Positions 9,187 through 19,137 of a stretch of 64,000 nt of DNA are shown here, one piece after another. Under the pieces are notes generated by a model. That model was not told where the DNA came from, did no database searches, and saw nothing but the letters and a program-made list of their open reading frames with translations. The translations under genes were made by a program, and so were the position numbers. Positions within the stretch are counted from its first letter, which is position 1. Every line of letters begins with the position of its first letter. Source of the DNA: Phapecoctavirus DIJ07P2; sequence record OZ035771.1. One strand, given 5' to 3'.

Positions 9187-9674
9187 TGGAAAGTGAGATC
9201 TTACCAGGTGACGATACAAATTGGGAAACCATTATCAAAAAGATGATGGACCTTGAACAAGTTCAAATCGAAGCTGGTTTTTTAACAAACAAAAGGCATC
9301 CTGAATCAGATCTCACTATTCCTGCAATAGCAGCTATTCAACAATATGGTAATGAAACAAACAACATACCTGCTCGCCCTTTTATAACAGATGGTGCTGT
9401 TATCTCACAGAACAATATCGCTAAAAAGATGAAGCAGGTTTTTGCAAATTACCTAATGAACAATGTTGGGTTGGCTGTTTTTGAGCCTATAGCGAGAGCC
9501 TCTAGAGAAGGAATAGCTCAAGCGATTGCAATGCAACGTTATCGTCCTTTATCTCCTGTGACAATTAAGATACGACAAGATAAAGGCAACTATTCTAATC
9601 ATATCTTAATAGATACGGCATATATGATAAATGCAATCGAAACAAAAATCACAAAAAGCAAGTCTAAAAAATAA
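9186..9674 (+). CDS. hypothetical structural protein (head-tail connector region)
   Basis: 162 aa ORF; start overlaps upstream stop (ATAATG), suggesting translational coupling. Confidence 0.3.
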   Translation: MESEILPGDDTNWETIIKKMMDLEQVQIEAGFLTNKRHPESDLTIPAIAAIQQYGNETNNIPARPFITDGAVISQNNIAKKMKQVFANYLMNNVGLAVFEPIARASREGIAQAIAMQRYRPLSPVTIKIRQDKGNYSNHILIDTAYMINAIETKITKSKSKK

Positions 9675-9675
9675 C

Positions 9676-9704
9676 TTGCATAAACTTTGTTTTTGATGTA
9701 TACT
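9676..9704 (+). promoter_or_regulatory. sigma70-like promoter (TTGCAT-17-TATACT)
   Basis: TTGCAT at 9676-9681, 17 bp spacer ending in TG, TATACT; followed by AAAAAAGGAG RBS. Confidence 0.45.
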
Positions 9705-9720
9705 AAAAAAGGAGATACAA

Positions 9721-10137
9721 GTGTTACTAGATCAATTTACTCTCCTTGATCTAACTGAATACCAAGGTCGTAGACGAGTCTACAAAGAGGCAGTTGGTTC
9801 AGTTATTGCTAACTTAGAAAGTAGTGTAGAATATGAACCATTTACTATTGAAGCGGCAAGCTTACAACCGATATCTGGTAAAACACTGAATGCACTACCT
9901 GAAGGTTACAGATCTAAGGCTCAATATAGTTTCTGGACTAAAACAGAAATGAAGGGGTTACAACAAGGAACAGAACAGTTATCAGATCAGATATTGATAG
10001 ATGGTAAATGGTATTCTGTTTATTCCCTTAAAGATTGGACCAGAACATCTTTCTTAGTCCATCATCACTGTGTTGCGATATTAGACGATCAAAACAACTC
10101 CTGGTCTTATGGAACAGAAGGAGGAAACTTTGGCTAA
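9721..10137 (+). CDS. hypothetical structural protein
   Basis: 138 aa ORF with GTG start after GGAG RBS. Confidence 0.3.
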   Translation: MLLDQFTLLDLTEYQGRRRVYKEAVGSVIANLESSVEYEPFTIEAASLQPISGKTLNALPEGYRSKAQYSFWTKTEMKGLQQGTEQLSDQILIDGKWYSVYSLKDWTRTSFLVHHHCVAILDDQNNSWSYGTEGGNFG

Positions 10138-10768
10138 TATTTACCAACAAATAGAAGCATACGAAAATGCCATCTACTTAAATATAGGTGGCTTCCTTCA
10201 AGAATTAGTGGGGTTGCCAGTCTATGTTATGGATAAGCCATTCATTAAACCGGATACTCCTTACCTAGCACTACGTATTATCACTTCCAGCGATTCTGGA
10301 GGTTGGTCTTACCGAAGCTCTATTCAAAATGATATGTATTCCTACGAGATGGATAATACCTACGAGATTGAACTTGTAGCCTATCGTGGAAGACCTACCA
10401 CTTTGATGAGCTATGTTCTGGCTGCTCTCCGTGGTGCAGAGGAATTAAAATACAAACATCTCTATTCTAAAGGTCTTGGTTTTTTAGGAGCCTCCAATAT
10501 AGCTCAAGCCAATACAATTGTAGACGGAGATAAGACTGAATTAAGAGCGCGTATGGTTATGACGTTCAACACTCGTATGAGTATTGAAGATATTGCTACT
10601 ACACCAATAGAAGCAATCAACATGCACATCCGTTCATTCAGAGATAGTTACAATGATCCTATCCCTTTAGATTTAATTCTAAACAGGGTTTATGCAATTA
10701 CTTTGGTTCCAGGCGAATACTCGTCAGTTAATCAAAATGGATCATTATTTAACAACCCTACCGAATAA
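10109..10768 (+). CDS. hypothetical structural protein (tail completion region); start may be TTG at 10130
   Basis: 219 aa ORF; AGGAGG sits inside the annotated 5' end, 5 nt before an in-frame TTG. Confidence 0.3.
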   Translation: MEQKEETLANIYQQIEAYENAIYLNIGGFLQELVGLPVYVMDKPFIKPDTPYLALRIITSSDSGGWSYRSSIQNDMYSYEMDNTYEIELVAYRGRPTTLMSYVLAALRGAEELKYKHLYSKGLGFLGASNIAQANTIVDGDKTELRARMVMTFNTRMSIEDIATTPIEAINMHIRSFRDSYNDPIPLDLILNRVYAITLVPGEYSSVNQNGSLFNNPTE

Positions 10769-10802
10769 ACTCATTGGAATTAAGTTTCTAACAGGAGCAT
10801 AA

Positions 10803-12176
10803 ATGGCAACTTTTCGTGAAAAGGTAGCAACCGTAACTTTACTGTATGGTGCTACATCAATTCGTGAAACCCAGTTCGATATTCCCCTGATCCTTACAGG
10901 TCAGAACGTAACTGGCGAAGCGATTCAATATTACTCTTCTTCCGATGCACTTTTGGAAGCAGGTTACGGATTAAATGATCCAGCGTATATTATGGCAGTC
11001 AAACTGTTTAACGGTTTGTTCCCACCAGATCAAGTCATGGTTGGTAAGCGTGAAGTTACAAACTTTACTCTAACTCCAATCGTAGAAGATAGTGCAACTT
11101 ACACAATTACCATCAAAAATGGTACCAAGAAAAAAGAATTTAAATTCATTGCTGATGACACTGCAACTGCACAAGAGATTGTAGTTGGTCTGACTGAAAT
11201 GATCAATGCAGATCTTGTTTATGGTCCACTGTTTACAGTAGCTAACAACGGCGCTGCAATGACTTTCACTCCAGTAGAAGGTAAGTTTGGTTCTATTGAC
11301 AGCACAGGTTTCACTCAAGAAACTGTCTATGCTAATGCTATTACGGAAGATATCGCTGCTCTGCATGATATTGATAGTAGCTGGTTCTGGACCCTTTCAG
11401 ATTCCCATGAAACAGAAGATGTTCTAGCTTTGGCTGCATGGGTAGAAGAGAATGATAAAGTTTACTTCTTCTCTAGCTCTGAACCTGGAATTAAAACGAA
11501 AGCAGAAGATAACGTTCTGGAACGACTGAATGACCTCGGTTATAATAACACTTGCTTTGCTTTGTGGATGACTGATGCAGATTCTGTATTCCCAGAAGCG
11601 GCGGTTGTTGGTGCAATCTGTTCTCGTCAACCTGGTTTAACTACCCTTCACGGTAAAACACTGGTAGGTGTAGAGATCGAGAAACTGGATCAGACTTCGG
11701 AAAACAATATTGTTCAACAGAACGGTAACATCTATCGTAAAGAGCATGGAACTCTGTTCTATCGTGATGGATTGATGGTTAGCGGTTTCTTTGTTGACTA
11801 TGTTGTTCATGCTTTGTGGTTTAAAGCTCGCACAGAAGAATCACTGTTTACACTGTTTAAACAACAGTCTATGCTGGGTGGTGGTGTTCGTGCTACTTCA
11901 AACGGTCTAGCTTTGATTCGACAAGCTGTTCTGGCTAACCCGATCCAAGTAGGTATCCTCAACGGTTCCATCGCTAATGAAGTTGTTACTTCTGAAGAGA
12001 CTGGTTTGCGTGTCGATCTGAAACCTATTGTTTATATTCCTTCTCGTGCCGATATGACCGATGCGCAAATCAATGCTCGTCTGGTCGATGGGATGAAGAT
12101 TGAATATGTTTACGCTGGCTTCTTCCATTACGTTAAAGTTCAGGTCAACGTCCTGACTAACCGTACTGCAAACTAA
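10803..12176 (+). CDS. tail sheath protein
   Basis: 457 aa ORF immediately upstream of tube and tape-measure genes; size and position typical of contractile-tail sheath. Confidence 0.6.
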   Translation: MATFREKVATVTLLYGATSIRETQFDIPLILTGQNVTGEAIQYYSSSDALLEAGYGLNDPAYIMAVKLFNGLFPPDQVMVGKREVTNFTLTPIVEDSATYTITIKNGTKKKEFKFIADDTATAQEIVVGLTEMINADLVYGPLFTVANNGAAMTFTPVEGKFGSIDSTGFTQETVYANAITEDIAALHDIDSSWFWTLSDSHETEDVLALAAWVEENDKVYFFSSSEPGIKTKAEDNVLERLNDLGYNNTCFALWMTDADSVFPEAAVVGAICSRQPGLTTLHGKTLVGVEIEKLDQTSENNIVQQNGNIYRKEHGTLFYRDGLMVSGFFVDYVVHALWFKARTEESLFTLFKQQSMLGGGVRATSNGLALIRQAVLANPIQVGILNGSIANEVVTSEETGLRVDLKPIVYIPSRADMTDAQINARLVDGMKIEYVYAGFFHYVKVQVNVLTNRTAN

Positions 12177-12177
12177 T

Positions 12178-12204
12178 ACGGCGGGGGTTAAGCCCCCGTT
12201 ATCA
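12178..12204 (+). terminator. putative stem-loop or weak terminator after sheath gene
   Basis: CGGGGG-TTAAG-CCCCCG hairpin followed by TTATCAAAA. Confidence 0.35.
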
Positions 12205-12222
12205 AAATAAAGAGGATCTATA

Positions 12223-12702
12223 ATGGATAAAATGCTTACTGGCGTAATGGCCTACGACCCATCTCAAGTTATCCTTTCATTAGGTGGTTGGGAACCGTGG
12301 GGTTTTGCGGCTGATACTAAAATCGTTATTGCTAAATCTAACGATATTATCAACCCTTATTCAGGGACTGATGGGGACGTTTCATTAGCTTTGAGTCGTA
12401 ACCGTTTGGGAACACTCACAATGTCTTTGCAACGCACATCTCCAGCTAACGAAGTACTTGCAACATATGCACAAACAATGTATTCTACTCGTCAAGTAGC
12501 ATTCAGTGTTTACTTGGAAGACCCACGTGGCTATTACATTAGCACGATTGGATGGATTCAAAGTCAGCCTGAAGATACTATTGGCGAAATGATTACAGAG
12601 AACCAATGGGTTATTGGTCTTAAAGATGCAAGCCTTCTGCGTAATGAAGTTGGTGTAGGTTTGAGCACCCTTAACTCAATCTCTGCTCTGACAATTCAAT
12701 AA
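12223..12702 (+). CDS. tail tube protein
   Basis: 159 aa ORF directly after sheath gene; followed by clean terminator. Confidence 0.55.
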   Translation: MDKMLTGVMAYDPSQVILSLGGWEPWGFAADTKIVIAKSNDIINPYSGTDGDVSLALSRNRLGTLTMSLQRTSPANEVLATYAQTMYSTRQVAFSVYLEDPRGYYISTIGWIQSQPEDTIGEMITENQWVIGLKDASLLRNEVGVGLSTLNSISALTIQ

Positions 12703-12707
12703 TAAAT

Positions 12708-12731
12708 AAAGGGCAGAAATGCCCTTTTTAT
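12708..12731 (+). terminator. rho-independent terminator after tube gene
   Basis: AAAGGGCA-GAAA-TGCCCTTT stem-loop followed by TTTTA. Confidence 0.65.
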
Positions 12732-12747
12732 CATTAGAGAGGAAAAT

Positions 12748-13230
12748 ATGTCACAAGAACAAGATAACACAATTCAAAAATATGCTCGACCAGAAGAAGT
12801 AGTTGAGATTCCGTTAGATGGAAACAGATCTGTTACTTTCCGTATTATGAAGTGGAGTCCATCTAAAGTGTTTGACAGGATTCCAGAATTGGGTAGTGTT
12901 CTGGTTGTTCCTATGACTATGTATAGCACAGCAACAATGTCCGCAGACGAAGACCTTGAGTCACGTATTGCTATGGCACTGATCCAACTTTTTGCAGGTT
13001 TGGAAGAAAAGAATTTAACTGTCTTTTTGCGTAAAATTTTAGATGAGGTTTATACTCAAGACGGTTATAACGTTGCAGAAAATTTTGATGAATTATTTAT
13101 GGCTCACCCAGAACTAGTGTTAGATCTTACTGCTAAAGTTCTGGAGGTAAACTACGGCCCTTTTTTCAAACGAGGTTTCGGAAAACTGTTCACACAACTT
13201 CAGGCGATGACGAGTTTAGCAGCAAATTAA
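12748..13230 (+). CDS. tail assembly chaperone (positional)
   Basis: 160 aa ORF between tube and tape-measure genes, the conserved position of the chaperone. Confidence 0.4.
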   Translation: MSQEQDNTIQKYARPEEVVEIPLDGNRSVTFRIMKWSPSKVFDRIPELGSVLVVPMTMYSTATMSADEDLESRIAMALIQLFAGLEEKNLTVFLRKILDEVYTQDGYNVAENFDELFMAHPELVLDLTAKVLEVNYGPFFKRGFGKLFTQLQAMTSLAAN

Positions 13231-13277
13231 CACCTGCGATTGAACATGCTATCGACACAGCAACGAAAACCCTTACT

Positions 13278-13496
13278 TTGAAGTGGTATGAGGTTATTCT
13301 TTGCAAAGTCGTTAAAGATACCTCGGAAACACTGAAAACATTGGATAACTACGGTGTAGATTATCTTTTAAAACTATATGAGTATTTAACATACGAAGAG
13401 TATGTTGAAGCCATGTATGTTAAAGACACTTCAATAAAGAGAAAACATCAAAACCAGACAAATAAAATGTCAGATTTGTTTAAGAAACTTGTTTAA
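13278..13496 (+). CDS. small protein downstream of chaperone; possible frameshift-extension partner or separate gene
   Basis: 72 aa ORF with TTG start; its frame is -1 relative to the chaperone gene and open from 13221. Confidence 0.25.
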   Translation: MKWYEVILCKVVKDTSETLKTLDNYGVDYLLKLYEYLTYEEYVEAMYVKDTSIKRKHQNQTNKMSDLFKKLV

Positions 13497-13516
13497 TCCA
13501 ACACGAGGAACATACT

Positions 13517-15505
13517 TTGTTAGAAATTAACGCCTCCAAAATTAGTAACGTGGTTACGTTTAAGGTGGACAAGAACAGTCTCAAGGAAGCAAAAGATGCC
13601 GTGTTGAGTGTTCAGAAGTTTGCAAATAAAATGCAACCCACTATGAACATGACCAAGTTTAGACAACAAATGAAAGAGATTGAGCGTGAACTTAAGAAAG
13701 CTCAAACTCAAAGTCAAAAACCTATGCGAGCACCTACTCCCGCTGGAGCGGGTGCTCCTGTAGGCGGATCTGGCAGACCTAGAACTCCTAAAACCCCGCA
13801 AGGAAGAGAAGAAGAAAAAGCTCGTAAAGCTGCTGAACGCGAAGCTAAAGCAGCAGCACGTAGGGAAGACTTAGGTAATCTTCGTTTGCAGAACTTTAAC
13901 TATCGAGCAAGAGCATTTAGTAAAGCCAGTCCTGGTGCTATGCAAGAAGCTAGAGACGTTATGGGTAAAGCTGTAGAGCAATACAAAAAGGGTGAAATAA
14001 CTCTTCAACGTATGAACCAAGCTCTTGCTCACCAGTTGGATGCTTTACGCAGATCTCATCGTGAAAAGAATGCTGAAATAGAAGACGAGGTTCGCGGTCG
14101 TCGCCGTATTCGTAGAGAGCTAGAAGCAGAAGCTAAAATGCGTATACGTATGCGAAATCGTGAACTTAGAGATATAGAACGCAATCGTAAGCGTGAATTA
14201 GCTCAACAAAGACGTGACCGTGATCGTCGATATGGACAATTAAAAGAAGGTGCGGCAGGTCTTAATCCACGTATGATTGCATCCTCTTTGATAGGTGCCG
14301 GACTTTTTGCAGGTGGTTCTGTAGTTGGTAACACTTTGATGAATACTAACGAAAGAATTAAAATGGTTAGTCGCGGTGCTGAAAACGTCCAAACGAATGC
14401 TAACTCTATTTTAACAATGACCGCATGGGGTGAACAAAACGGTGTAGACTCGGCAAATATTATTAAAGCAATAGATAACATTAAAGACGTTCGTGAACGT
14501 CTAGGTAATACCATGATGAACACCAAGTGGAACGCAAAAGAAGGGAAATGGAAAGGTGGTGATAACGGTATTACTGATATTATGAATGCTTTTGGTTGGA
14601 ACCCCGATCAAATAAAACATTTGCAAAATGACCCGTTAGCTTTTATCCAAGCCACTGTTAATGAAGGCGAACGTCGAGGTATGAACTCTGCTCAAATCGG
14701 GCGACTTCTTGAAAACCTTGGTGATGACCTTATGCACTACCAACGCATGTTTAGTAAAAATGGCGAAGGTTACAATGAAACATTGAAAATGCTTCAAAGA
14801 ACAGGTGCAACATTAACTCAAGAACAAATAGATGCTTCTAAAGAGTTTACTCGTTTTGCTGCAACAGTTCAGCTTGTAGGTCAAGGTATGCAGAACCATT
14901 TCTTAGAGGGTTTTGTGAAAGCCTTACCTAAAGATGATTCTTGGTTGGATAACGTTAAAGTGCTAGACCAGTTTGCCAAAGATTTAGGTGAAGAACTTGG
15001 TAAGACAACAGTTCAATTAGGAGGTTTTGCTAAAGAATTGGGAGATGGTTTCGGATCTTTTACCAATTGGCTTAAAGAGACATTCCCAGATACCTTCGGA
15101 GACAACACAGATCCTAATAAATCTATGGCACAAAAAGCATATGAGGCAACGCAAAGTGGAGACAGCAATCCTGTAGCAGATTGGTTGTACAATTTAACAG
15201 GTATTGATACACAAGATGTTGGTCGTATGTGGAGAGGAGAACAAACAAGGACACGTGCTTTTGGATTTGGTAATCCTCTTGAAGATTTACGTGAATCAGC
15301 CTATACACCTAACGTAAGTTTGGCTCGTAATCAACCTATTGTTGAGAATACGGTAGCAATACCAAGTGATCTTATCAATGTTACGATCAGTCCTTCTTCC
15401 GAGTTTGGAAATATTCTTGATGCAAGAATTCAAAATAGCGGAAATAGCATTTTCCAACGTTTTGCTCTTTCAACTTTAAGTGGACAATCTAACACTGGTG
15501 GTTAA
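13517..15505 (+). CDS. tail tape measure protein
   Basis: 662 aa; long charged coiled-coil segment (RREDLGNLRLQ...RRIRRELEAEAKMRIRMRNRELRDIERNRKREL) plus Gly-rich hydrophobic segment; after sheath/tube/chaperone. Confidence 0.6.
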   Translation: MLEINASKISNVVTFKVDKNSLKEAKDAVLSVQKFANKMQPTMNMTKFRQQMKEIERELKKAQTQSQKPMRAPTPAGAGAPVGGSGRPRTPKTPQGREEEKARKAAEREAKAAARREDLGNLRLQNFNYRARAFSKASPGAMQEARDVMGKAVEQYKKGEITLQRMNQALAHQLDALRRSHREKNAEIEDEVRGRRRIRRELEAEAKMRIRMRNRELRDIERNRKRELAQQRRDRDRRYGQLKEGAAGLNPRMIASSLIGAGLFAGGSVVGNTLMNTNERIKMVSRGAENVQTNANSILTMTAWGEQNGVDSANIIKAIDNIKDVRERLGNTMMNTKWNAKEGKWKGGDNGITDIMNAFGWNPDQIKHLQNDPLAFIQATVNEGERRGMNSAQIGRLLENLGDDLMHYQRMFSKNGEGYNETLKMLQRTGATLTQEQIDASKEFTRFAATVQLVGQGMQNHFLEGFVKALPKDDSWLDNVKVLDQFAKDLGEELGKTTVQLGGFAKELGDGFGSFTNWLKETFPDTFGDNTDPNKSMAQKAYEATQSGDSNPVADWLYNLTGIDTQDVGRMWRGEQTRTRAFGFGNPLEDLRESAYTPNVSLARNQPIVENTVAIPSDLINVTISPSSEFGNILDARIQNSGNSIFQRFALSTLSGQSNTGG

Positions 15506-15512
15506 TAAAATA

Positions 15513-15536
15513 CCTCGCTTCGGCGGGGTTTTTTCG
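15513..15536 (+). terminator. rho-independent terminator after tape measure gene
   Basis: CCTCGC-TTCG-GCGGGG stem-loop (with G-U pair) followed by TTTTTTCGTTTT. Confidence 0.6.
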
Positions 15537-15542
15537 TTTTCC

Positions 15543-15572
15543 TTGACACGAAGTTTCTATATGTGTTACAAT
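15543..15572 (+). promoter_or_regulatory. sigma70-like promoter (TTGACA-N17/18-TACAAT)
   Basis: TTGACA at 15543-15548, spacer ending TGTG, TTACAAT; upstream of baseplate gene block. Confidence 0.5.
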
Positions 15573-15631
15573 AATCAATATGGGAAGATCTTGCATCTTC
15601 CTTTTGGCATTATCATTACTACGAGGTTATC

Positions 15632-16339
15632 ATGGCAGCAATGACTCCACAACAGTCGGTGAGAGCCGTCTATAAGGCAGAACAGGAAATCAACTCTACC
15701 GAGAATAAAAATACCTCGGCATCTACTGTAAAGGGTGATAATGGTTTCTGCATTTTAGCAAGTGTTTATAATAGTTCAAGTGATCAATACATTCAAAACT
15801 TTAAAGCAATTACTTTCGATTCAGTCCCTGAAATAGGTGTAACTCGTGAAGCAGATGTTACAAGTTTTCCTGTGGAATCAGGATCGGATGTAAGCGATCA
15901 CGTTCAGATAAAAAATAACAGATTTAAACTTTCAGGTATAATTACCGAAACACCAATTCGGCTTATGCGAGATCAATTATACAGTGCAGGTGTAAATGGA
16001 GCAAGGATTTCTCAAGCAATAGAATATCTAGACCAAATATTTGAGTCAAGACAACCAATAGTCCTTTTGACAGAACACAGAACTTTTGAAAATGTTATTC
16101 TCAAAGGTTACTCTTATGATTATAAATCTGAATTTGCTATGCAATTTGATTTAGAGTTTGAACAGATCCGTCTCGTTTCTAAGGCCACTACTAACGCTAT
16201 TGCTGTAAAAACAGCGCCAAATAAGTCAACTGGTGGTGATGTGAAAGGACAAGTTCCATCTGGCGGTCCTAAAGTGGATAACCCAATTACAAGAAACACT
16301 GCTTCATCTACTGGAACACCAACTAATACGGGGAATTAA
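15632..16339 (+). CDS. hypothetical tail/baseplate assembly protein
   Basis: 235 aa ORF with GAGGT RBS, first gene after promoter at 15543. Confidence 0.3.
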   Translation: MAAMTPQQSVRAVYKAEQEINSTENKNTSASTVKGDNGFCILASVYNSSSDQYIQNFKAITFDSVPEIGVTREADVTSFPVESGSDVSDHVQIKNNRFKLSGIITETPIRLMRDQLYSAGVNGARISQAIEYLDQIFESRQPIVLLTEHRTFENVILKGYSYDYKSEFAMQFDLEFEQIRLVSKATTNAIAVKTAPNKSTGGDVKGQVPSGGPKVDNPITRNTASSTGTPTNTGN

Positions 16340-16341
16340 TA

Positions 16342-16755
16342 ATGGCAACATATTCTAAGACAACCCGATCTACAAGCAATTCTGGTTATAGTGCAGTATA
16401 TTTAGAAGATCATTCAACATACTTTGCGTGGTATTTGAAAACAGATGAATATCCAGATCAAACTTATACGGTAACTTTAGATGGAGTTGATTATGACATT
16501 CGTTTAAGGTGGAACACTAGGGACGAGTCTTGGCAATGTCAAATAGGGCTATCTGGAGACGATCCAAGTATTACTTTTAAAGTTACAAATGGTTTAGATC
16601 TTCTTAAACCTTATAAATATCTTGAAAGTGTGCCAGATGGTCAATTGTATATAGTAGATACAGTTAAGATTAATGGTCGTCCTGGGTATACAACTACAGG
16701 TCGAGATAAACGTTTTGTATTGGTTTATATTGATAACAAACCTAATCAGGCGTAA
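16342..16755 (+). CDS. hypothetical tail/baseplate protein
   Basis: 137 aa ORF, tightly packed (3 nt gap). Confidence 0.3.
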   Translation: MATYSKTTRSTSNSGYSAVYLEDHSTYFAWYLKTDEYPDQTYTVTLDGVDYDIRLRWNTRDESWQCQIGLSGDDPSITFKVTNGLDLLKPYKYLESVPDGQLYIVDTVKINGRPGYTTTGRDKRFVLVYIDNKPNQA

Positions 16756-16764
16756 GGAGATAAT

Positions 16765-17775
16765 ATGGCAGAAAGAGAGTATACAAAAGCTCCTGCCCCT
16801 AATTTAAACAGGGCATACAAATTACTAATTGGTTCTGCCACAAACACAATACAGAAGAGAACTAAGAACTCGGCATTTAAATCTACAGTAGATTTGGATA
16901 CCAAGTTAGGGACAACAGAAAAATCCTCTTCTAATTTGTATTTGTTGCAAGACCATCAAATAACCTTCAGCATTAAGAAAGATAATAACAAAGATCCTAA
17001 CCAAGCAGAGATTGTAGTTTATAACCTTTCGGATGATACTGTTAACTATATAAACCGTGGTATCCGAAATAACTTGGCTGTTGCTTTAGCGGTAGGATAC
17101 GAAGGTGAAGAGTTGGTTATGATCTTCAAAGGAACTATCCAGTGGGTTAGTGATACTTTTGACTCGGTAGACAGGAAAACCACTTTACACTGTTTGGATG
17201 GCGGTATTAACATTGCAGAAGCAAGAACAAGCCGCAGTTATCCAAAAGGAACTAAAATCAAACGTGTTGTGACAGATTTGGTAAAGGATTTAGGAACTAC
17301 AGAAGGTAATATACACGTAGATAATGATCAAACCTTATCTTCAGCAACAGCTATGTGTGGAAACACTTCACATTACCTAGAACATATTTGTAAGAGTATT
17401 GATCACAATGTGTCAATACAAGATGGATCTGTTTATGTTACTCCTCGTTCACAAATGTCTAGTGCACGTAGCGCCTATATTAGTCCTGAAACTGGTTTAA
17501 TAGGTAGTCCAGAACCATTCCACAACGATATTAAACCTACTAAAAAAGTTACCAAGTCCTCTAAGAAGGCAAAGAAACCTACAGATGGTGTTAAATTTAA
17601 ATGCCAAATGAACGGTGCAATTTTACCAGAAAAAACAATCTGGTTAAAAAGCCGAGATTATGATGGTCCATTTAAAGTTGTTTCTGTTTCTCACAATGGT
17701 GATAAAGAGGGTAAAGAGTGGGTTACTGAAGTGGAGTGTGTATCCGTGTCTGAAATAATGACTAAGGAGAAATAA
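16765..17775 (+). CDS. baseplate hub-like protein (positional)
   Basis: 336 aa ORF directly upstream of the central spike gene; stop overlaps next start (TAATGG). Confidence 0.3.
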   Translation: MAEREYTKAPAPNLNRAYKLLIGSATNTIQKRTKNSAFKSTVDLDTKLGTTEKSSSNLYLLQDHQITFSIKKDNNKDPNQAEIVVYNLSDDTVNYINRGIRNNLAVALAVGYEGEELVMIFKGTIQWVSDTFDSVDRKTTLHCLDGGINIAEARTSRSYPKGTKIKRVVTDLVKDLGTTEGNIHVDNDQTLSSATAMCGNTSHYLEHICKSIDHNVSIQDGSVYVTPRSQMSSARSAYISPETGLIGSPEPFHNDIKPTKKVTKSSKKAKKPTDGVKFKCQMNGAILPEKTIWLKSRDYDGPFKVVSVSHNGDKEGKEWVTEVECVSVSEIMTKEK

Positions 17776-18509
17776 TGGATGCATTGAATTTTGTCACAGC
17801 AATGCGTGGCTTAATGACAGAACAATTAGCAGAAGTCCATACAGCCTTGCCAGTCCGTGTGACTGGCGTTAATTATGGTGCTAAAACTGTCACTTTAGAA
17901 TCTATTGTTAAAAACACACGATCTAGTGAAGATGAAATAGATTATCCTACTTTTGAAGACGTTCCTTTTATGGTTAATGGTGGTGGGACAGGAAGAATCT
18001 CATTCCCTATTAAAGCTGGCGATTTAGGAACTGTTATATTTTCTGAAAGAGATCCTTCTAATGCACTGCAAACTAGTGGGGAAACCTCTTCGTCATCCAC
18101 TTTTATGCAGCCTTGTGGATTATACCCTATTTGTTTTATTCCCAAAATAGCTACAGGAACAGATTCAACAGAAGCTGTAGATTCTGAAAAGGTAGTTATT
18201 TCTAATAACAAAAACACGTACGCTTCTTTCGACCCTACAGGTAATATCTCAATATGGAATAGTCAAGGGATGAAAATAGATATTACTACCTCCGGTATTA
18301 CTATTACAGATGGCACAGGGACTTTGGATCTAAAAGGTGGTAATTTAACTTTCAAAGGCGGCGTGGCAGATATCAATGGTCTTAAAATAGATCAGAACGG
18401 TTTGATGACAGATGGTAATGGCATCGGATTCCATACTCACACGCACACGGTTCGTAACATTCAGAGCGGTAGCTCAAGTGCCGAGTCCTTAAAACCAACA
18501 GGAGCCTAA
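17775..18509 (+). CDS. baseplate central spike protein with His-rich apex motif
   Basis: 244 aa; Gly/Thr-rich beta-type repeats and C-terminal GIGFHTHTHTVRN (HxH repeats as in metal-binding spike tips); adjacent to gp25-like gene. Confidence 0.45.
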   Translation: MDALNFVTAMRGLMTEQLAEVHTALPVRVTGVNYGAKTVTLESIVKNTRSSEDEIDYPTFEDVPFMVNGGGTGRISFPIKAGDLGTVIFSERDPSNALQTSGETSSSSTFMQPCGLYPICFIPKIATGTDSTEAVDSEKVVISNNKNTYASFDPTGNISIWNSQGMKIDITTSGITITDGTGTLDLKGGNLTFKGGVADINGLKIDQNGLMTDGNGIGFHTHTHTVRNIQSGSSSAESLKPTGA

Positions 18510-18510
18510 C

Positions 18511-19137
18511 ATGGGAATCCCTTTTGACTTAAAGCTTGGACCAAACAACGACCTCATCATGGATGATGGGGATTTGGTCCTCACTACAACCAGAACAGAA
18601 ATTGCAGCACAAACTCTTGGGATAACTCTGAACACGTATCGTGGGGAGTGGTTTTTAAATACTAACTTCGGTGTTCCTTACTTACAAGAGATTATTGGTG
18701 TTGCCAGAAAGAAAGATATTGTAGACAGAATATTTTTAGCAGAGATTGCCAAAAACGTTTACATAGATACAATAAACAGTTATAAATCTGCTTATGACAT
18801 GGACCAACGTTATTATTCAATGACAGTTATGGTCACAGTTGGAGCAGATACAGTAACATCTATATTCAATACTCAACCTTCTGAAGAGTTTATTTACCCT
18901 GAAGCTGGTGAAGACAATGCAGCGATCATTTGTGAAGCTTACAGTATTGTTGAGAATTCGAATAGACTTTATCGCTTTATCAACTTTGTTGGTTTGCCAC
19001 GTGATACCTACTCTACTTGGTGGAATGAATGGTCTACAGAGTCAGCAGTGGAAAGAATCATGGTTAACGAAAAAGGTGATGCATTAGCTACAAACAATGA
19101 CTTCGGTATAACAGCTATGACAGGAGTAGAAGAGTAA
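18511..19137 (+). CDS. baseplate wedge protein (gp25/GPW-like lysozyme-fold)
   Basis: 208 aa; N-terminal MGIPFDLKLGPNNDL...GEWFLNTNFGVPYLQEI pattern typical of GPW/gp25-family proteins. Confidence 0.45.
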   Translation: MGIPFDLKLGPNNDLIMDDGDLVLTTTRTEIAAQTLGITLNTYRGEWFLNTNFGVPYLQEIIGVARKKDIVDRIFLAEIAKNVYIDTINSYKSAYDMDQRYYSMTVMVTVGADTVTSIFNTQPSEEFIYPEAGEDNAAIICEAYSIVENSNRLYRFINFVGLPRDTYSTWWNEWSTESAVERIMVNEKGDALATNNDFGITAMTGVEE

